Shown here in pieces: positions 62,039 to 64,000 of a DNA stretch of 64,000 nt; position 1 is the first letter of the stretch, and every line of letters begins with the position of its first letter. Made by a program: the position numbers and the translations under genes. The notes below the pieces were generated by a model, which ran no database searches, had not been told where the DNA came from, and worked only from the letters and a program-made list of their open reading frames with translations. Source of the stretch: Tepidisphaera sp. (GTDB lineage Bacteria > Planctomycetota > Phycisphaerae > Phycisphaerales > UBA1924); NCBI GenBank assembly GCA_050916045.1, contig CP051526.1:672001-736000 (forward strand), read 5' to 3'.

Positions 62039-63454
62039 ATGCGACACTACGACCTTTGCGTCATTGGCAGCGGCCCCGCGGGGCAGCGGGCCGCGATCCA
62101 GGCTTCCAAGCTCGGCAAGTCCGTCTGCGTCGTTGAGCGACGGGAGGTCGTCGGCGGCGTCGCGATCAACACCGGCACCATCCCGAGCAAAGCCATGCGC
62201 GAAGCGATCCTCCGCGCCGGCGGCCACAAAGCCGCGATGCCCACCGTCACCGACTTCTTCTCCGCTCGAAACGCCCTCTTCACCAGCCTCTTGGGCTCCT
62301 GCCAGGAGGTGATCAAAGCCGAGGTCGAGCTCGTCCGGGGCCACTTTGATCGAAACGGCGTCGACATCGTCACCGGCGTGGGCCAGTTCCGCGATGAGCA
62401 CACCATCGACGCCATCGGCGAGAACGCCACCACCACCCTCACCGCCGACTTCGTCATGATCGGCGTGGGCACCAACCCGTCCAAGCCCGGCAGCATGCCC
62501 TTTGACGGCAAGACCGTCATCTCCAGCGATGAGATCCTCAAGCTCCCATACCTGCCCAAGAGCATGATCGTCGTCGGCGGCGGCGTCATCGGCACCGAGT
62601 ACGCTTCGATGCTTCAGGCGCTGGGCGTCAAGGTCACGCTCATCGAGGGCCGCACGCGGCTCCTTGATTTCGTCGATTCCGAGATCGTCGAAGCCCTCCA
62701 GTACCACCTTCGAAGCAACGGCGCGACCCTCCGCATGGGCGAGAAGGTCGTCACCGTCCGTCTGGTCGAGCCTCTGTCGGGTGTCCGCACGCCCAGCGGC
62801 TCGCAGGTCGAAGCCGTGCTCGAATCAGGGAAAGCCATCCGGGCCGACTGCCTCCTCTACGCGGTCGGGCGGCAAGGCGCGACCGACGGCCTGAACCTCG
62901 GCGCCGCCGGACTCGCCGTCGACAACCGCGGCCGCATCAAGGTGAACCAGTTCTACCAGACCGACGTGCCGCACATCTACGCCGCGGGCGACGTCATCGG
63001 ATTCCCCGCCCTCGCGAGCACCAGCCTTGAGCAGGGCCGCCAGGCCGCGTGCCACATGTTCAAGCATCCGTTCGAGCGGGTCGAGGAGACGCTCCCCTAC
63101 GGCATCTATTCCATCCCCGAAATCTCGATGGTCGGCTGGACCGAAGAACGCCTCACCGCCGAAGGGATCCCCTACGAGTCCGGCATCGCGCACTACCGCG
63201 AGATCGCCCGCGGCCAGCTCCTCGGCGATGAGATCGGCATGCTCAAGCTCCTGATCCATCAGGACAGCCACGTCATCCTCGGCGTCCACATCATCGGCAC
63301 CGGCGCGACCGAGCTCGTCCACATCGGCCAGAGCGCGATCGCTTTCAAAGCCTCGGTCGAGCACTTCGTCAACACCGTCTTCAACTACCCCACGCTCGCC
63401 GAGTGCTACAAGACCGCGGCGTTCAACGCCCTGAACAAGCTCCGCGCGGTCTGA
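62039..63454 (+). CDS. sthA: Soluble pyridine nucleotide transhydrogenase
   Basis: GSGPAG, GTIPSK without the redox CxxxxC, GIYSIPEIS, VFNYPTLAECYK. Confidence 0.9.
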   Translation: MRHYDLCVIGSGPAGQRAAIQASKLGKSVCVVERREVVGGVAINTGTIPSKAMREAILRAGGHKAAMPTVTDFFSARNALFTSLLGSCQEVIKAEVELVRGHFDRNGVDIVTGVGQFRDEHTIDAIGENATTTLTADFVMIGVGTNPSKPGSMPFDGKTVISSDEILKLPYLPKSMIVVGGGVIGTEYASMLQALGVKVTLIEGRTRLLDFVDSEIVEALQYHLRSNGATLRMGEKVVTVRLVEPLSGVRTPSGSQVEAVLESGKAIRADCLLYAVGRQGATDGLNLGAAGLAVDNRGRIKVNQFYQTDVPHIYAAGDVIGFPALASTSLEQGRQAACHMFKHPFERVEETLPYGIYSIPEISMVGWTEERLTAEGIPYESGIAHYREIARGQLLGDEIGMLKLLIHQDSHVILGVHIIGTGATELVHIGQSAIAFKASVEHFVNTVFNYPTLAECYKTAAFNALNKLRAV

Positions 63455-63486
63455 ACGGTTGTGGTCGGCGTGACCGCGCGAAGCCC

Positions 63487-64000
63487 TCACGTCAATGAGG
63501 CCAGACGTTCCCTGAGCAACCTCTGCAACGACGCGGCGACCTCGCGCTTGACCTCGTCCATCGTCGGGCACCGATCGCCGAGCAGAGCGTTCAAGCTCGT
63601 CACGGGCCGCGAGAGGCCGCACGGCACGATCAATCCGAAGTGCGTCATGTCCGGATCGACGTTGAGGCCCAGGCCGTGCATCGACACCCACCGCCGGACC
63701 CGCACGCCGAAAGCACAGAGCTTGGCCGCGCCTGAGCCGTCCCCGACCCAGACGCCCGTCGCCGTCGCGTCGCGATCGCCGACGATCCCCCAACGGGCCG
63801 CCGCGTCGATCACCGACTGTTCCAAAAGCCGCATGTACTCGTGCAAGCCGAGCTTGAGCAGGTTCAGGTCCAGGATCGCGTACCCGACAAGCTGGCCCGG
63901 CCCGTGGTAGGTCACATCGCCGCCCCGGTCCGTCTCGCGGACCTCAACCCCCATCCGAGAGAAGAGCTCCGGCGAACCCACCACGTTGCCGGCGGCGCTT
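63487..64000 (-). CDS. lipB: Lipoyl(octanoyl) transferase, 5' end outside the window
   Basis: TDRGGDVTYHGPGQLVGY, HGLGLNV, IVPCG. Confidence 0.93.
   Translation of the reverse strand, partial: SAAGNVVGSPELFSRMGVEVRETDRGGDVTYHGPGQLVGYAILDLNLLKLGLHEYMRLLEQSVIDAAARWGIVGDRDATATGVWVGDGSGAAKLCAFGVRVRRWVSMHGLGLNVDPDMTHFGLIVPCGLSRPVTSLNALLGDRCPTMDEVKREVAASLQRLLRERLASLT

Overview
High-GC bacterial chromosome segment. GC-type dockerin tails, PEP-CTERM proteins, giant pseudopilin-like ORFs and the overall gene content point to a planctomycete, most likely Phycisphaerales (inference). The backbone carries mrdA(PBP2)-rodA-rsmG-dinG, a phosphomannomutase, ruvC, ribE, dnaB, aspS, hemW, purA, uppS, sthA and a partial lipB, plus many secreted enzymes. 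The most striking non-gene structure is at 7051-11012. A tRNA-Pro(TGG) is followed by short, integrase-free gene blocks. Each block ends in a copy of a ~40-bp site made of a conserved arm (..AAGTTCTATTGGTGTA) fused to the tRNA 3' end (CTGTCACCCTGATT). This looks like an integron-like cassette array that uses a tRNA 3' end as its insertion site. Other notable items: an in-frame ArsC-ArsM fusion behind arsR; four translationally coupled, divergent paralogous membrane/zinc-ribbon genes between hemW and aspS; strong strand-specific C/A versus G/T domains that flip at ~30-35 kb; REPIN-like palindromic elements next to AT-richer inserts; and repeated leaderless-type promoters. All product calls come from motif recognition by eye; no database searches were run.
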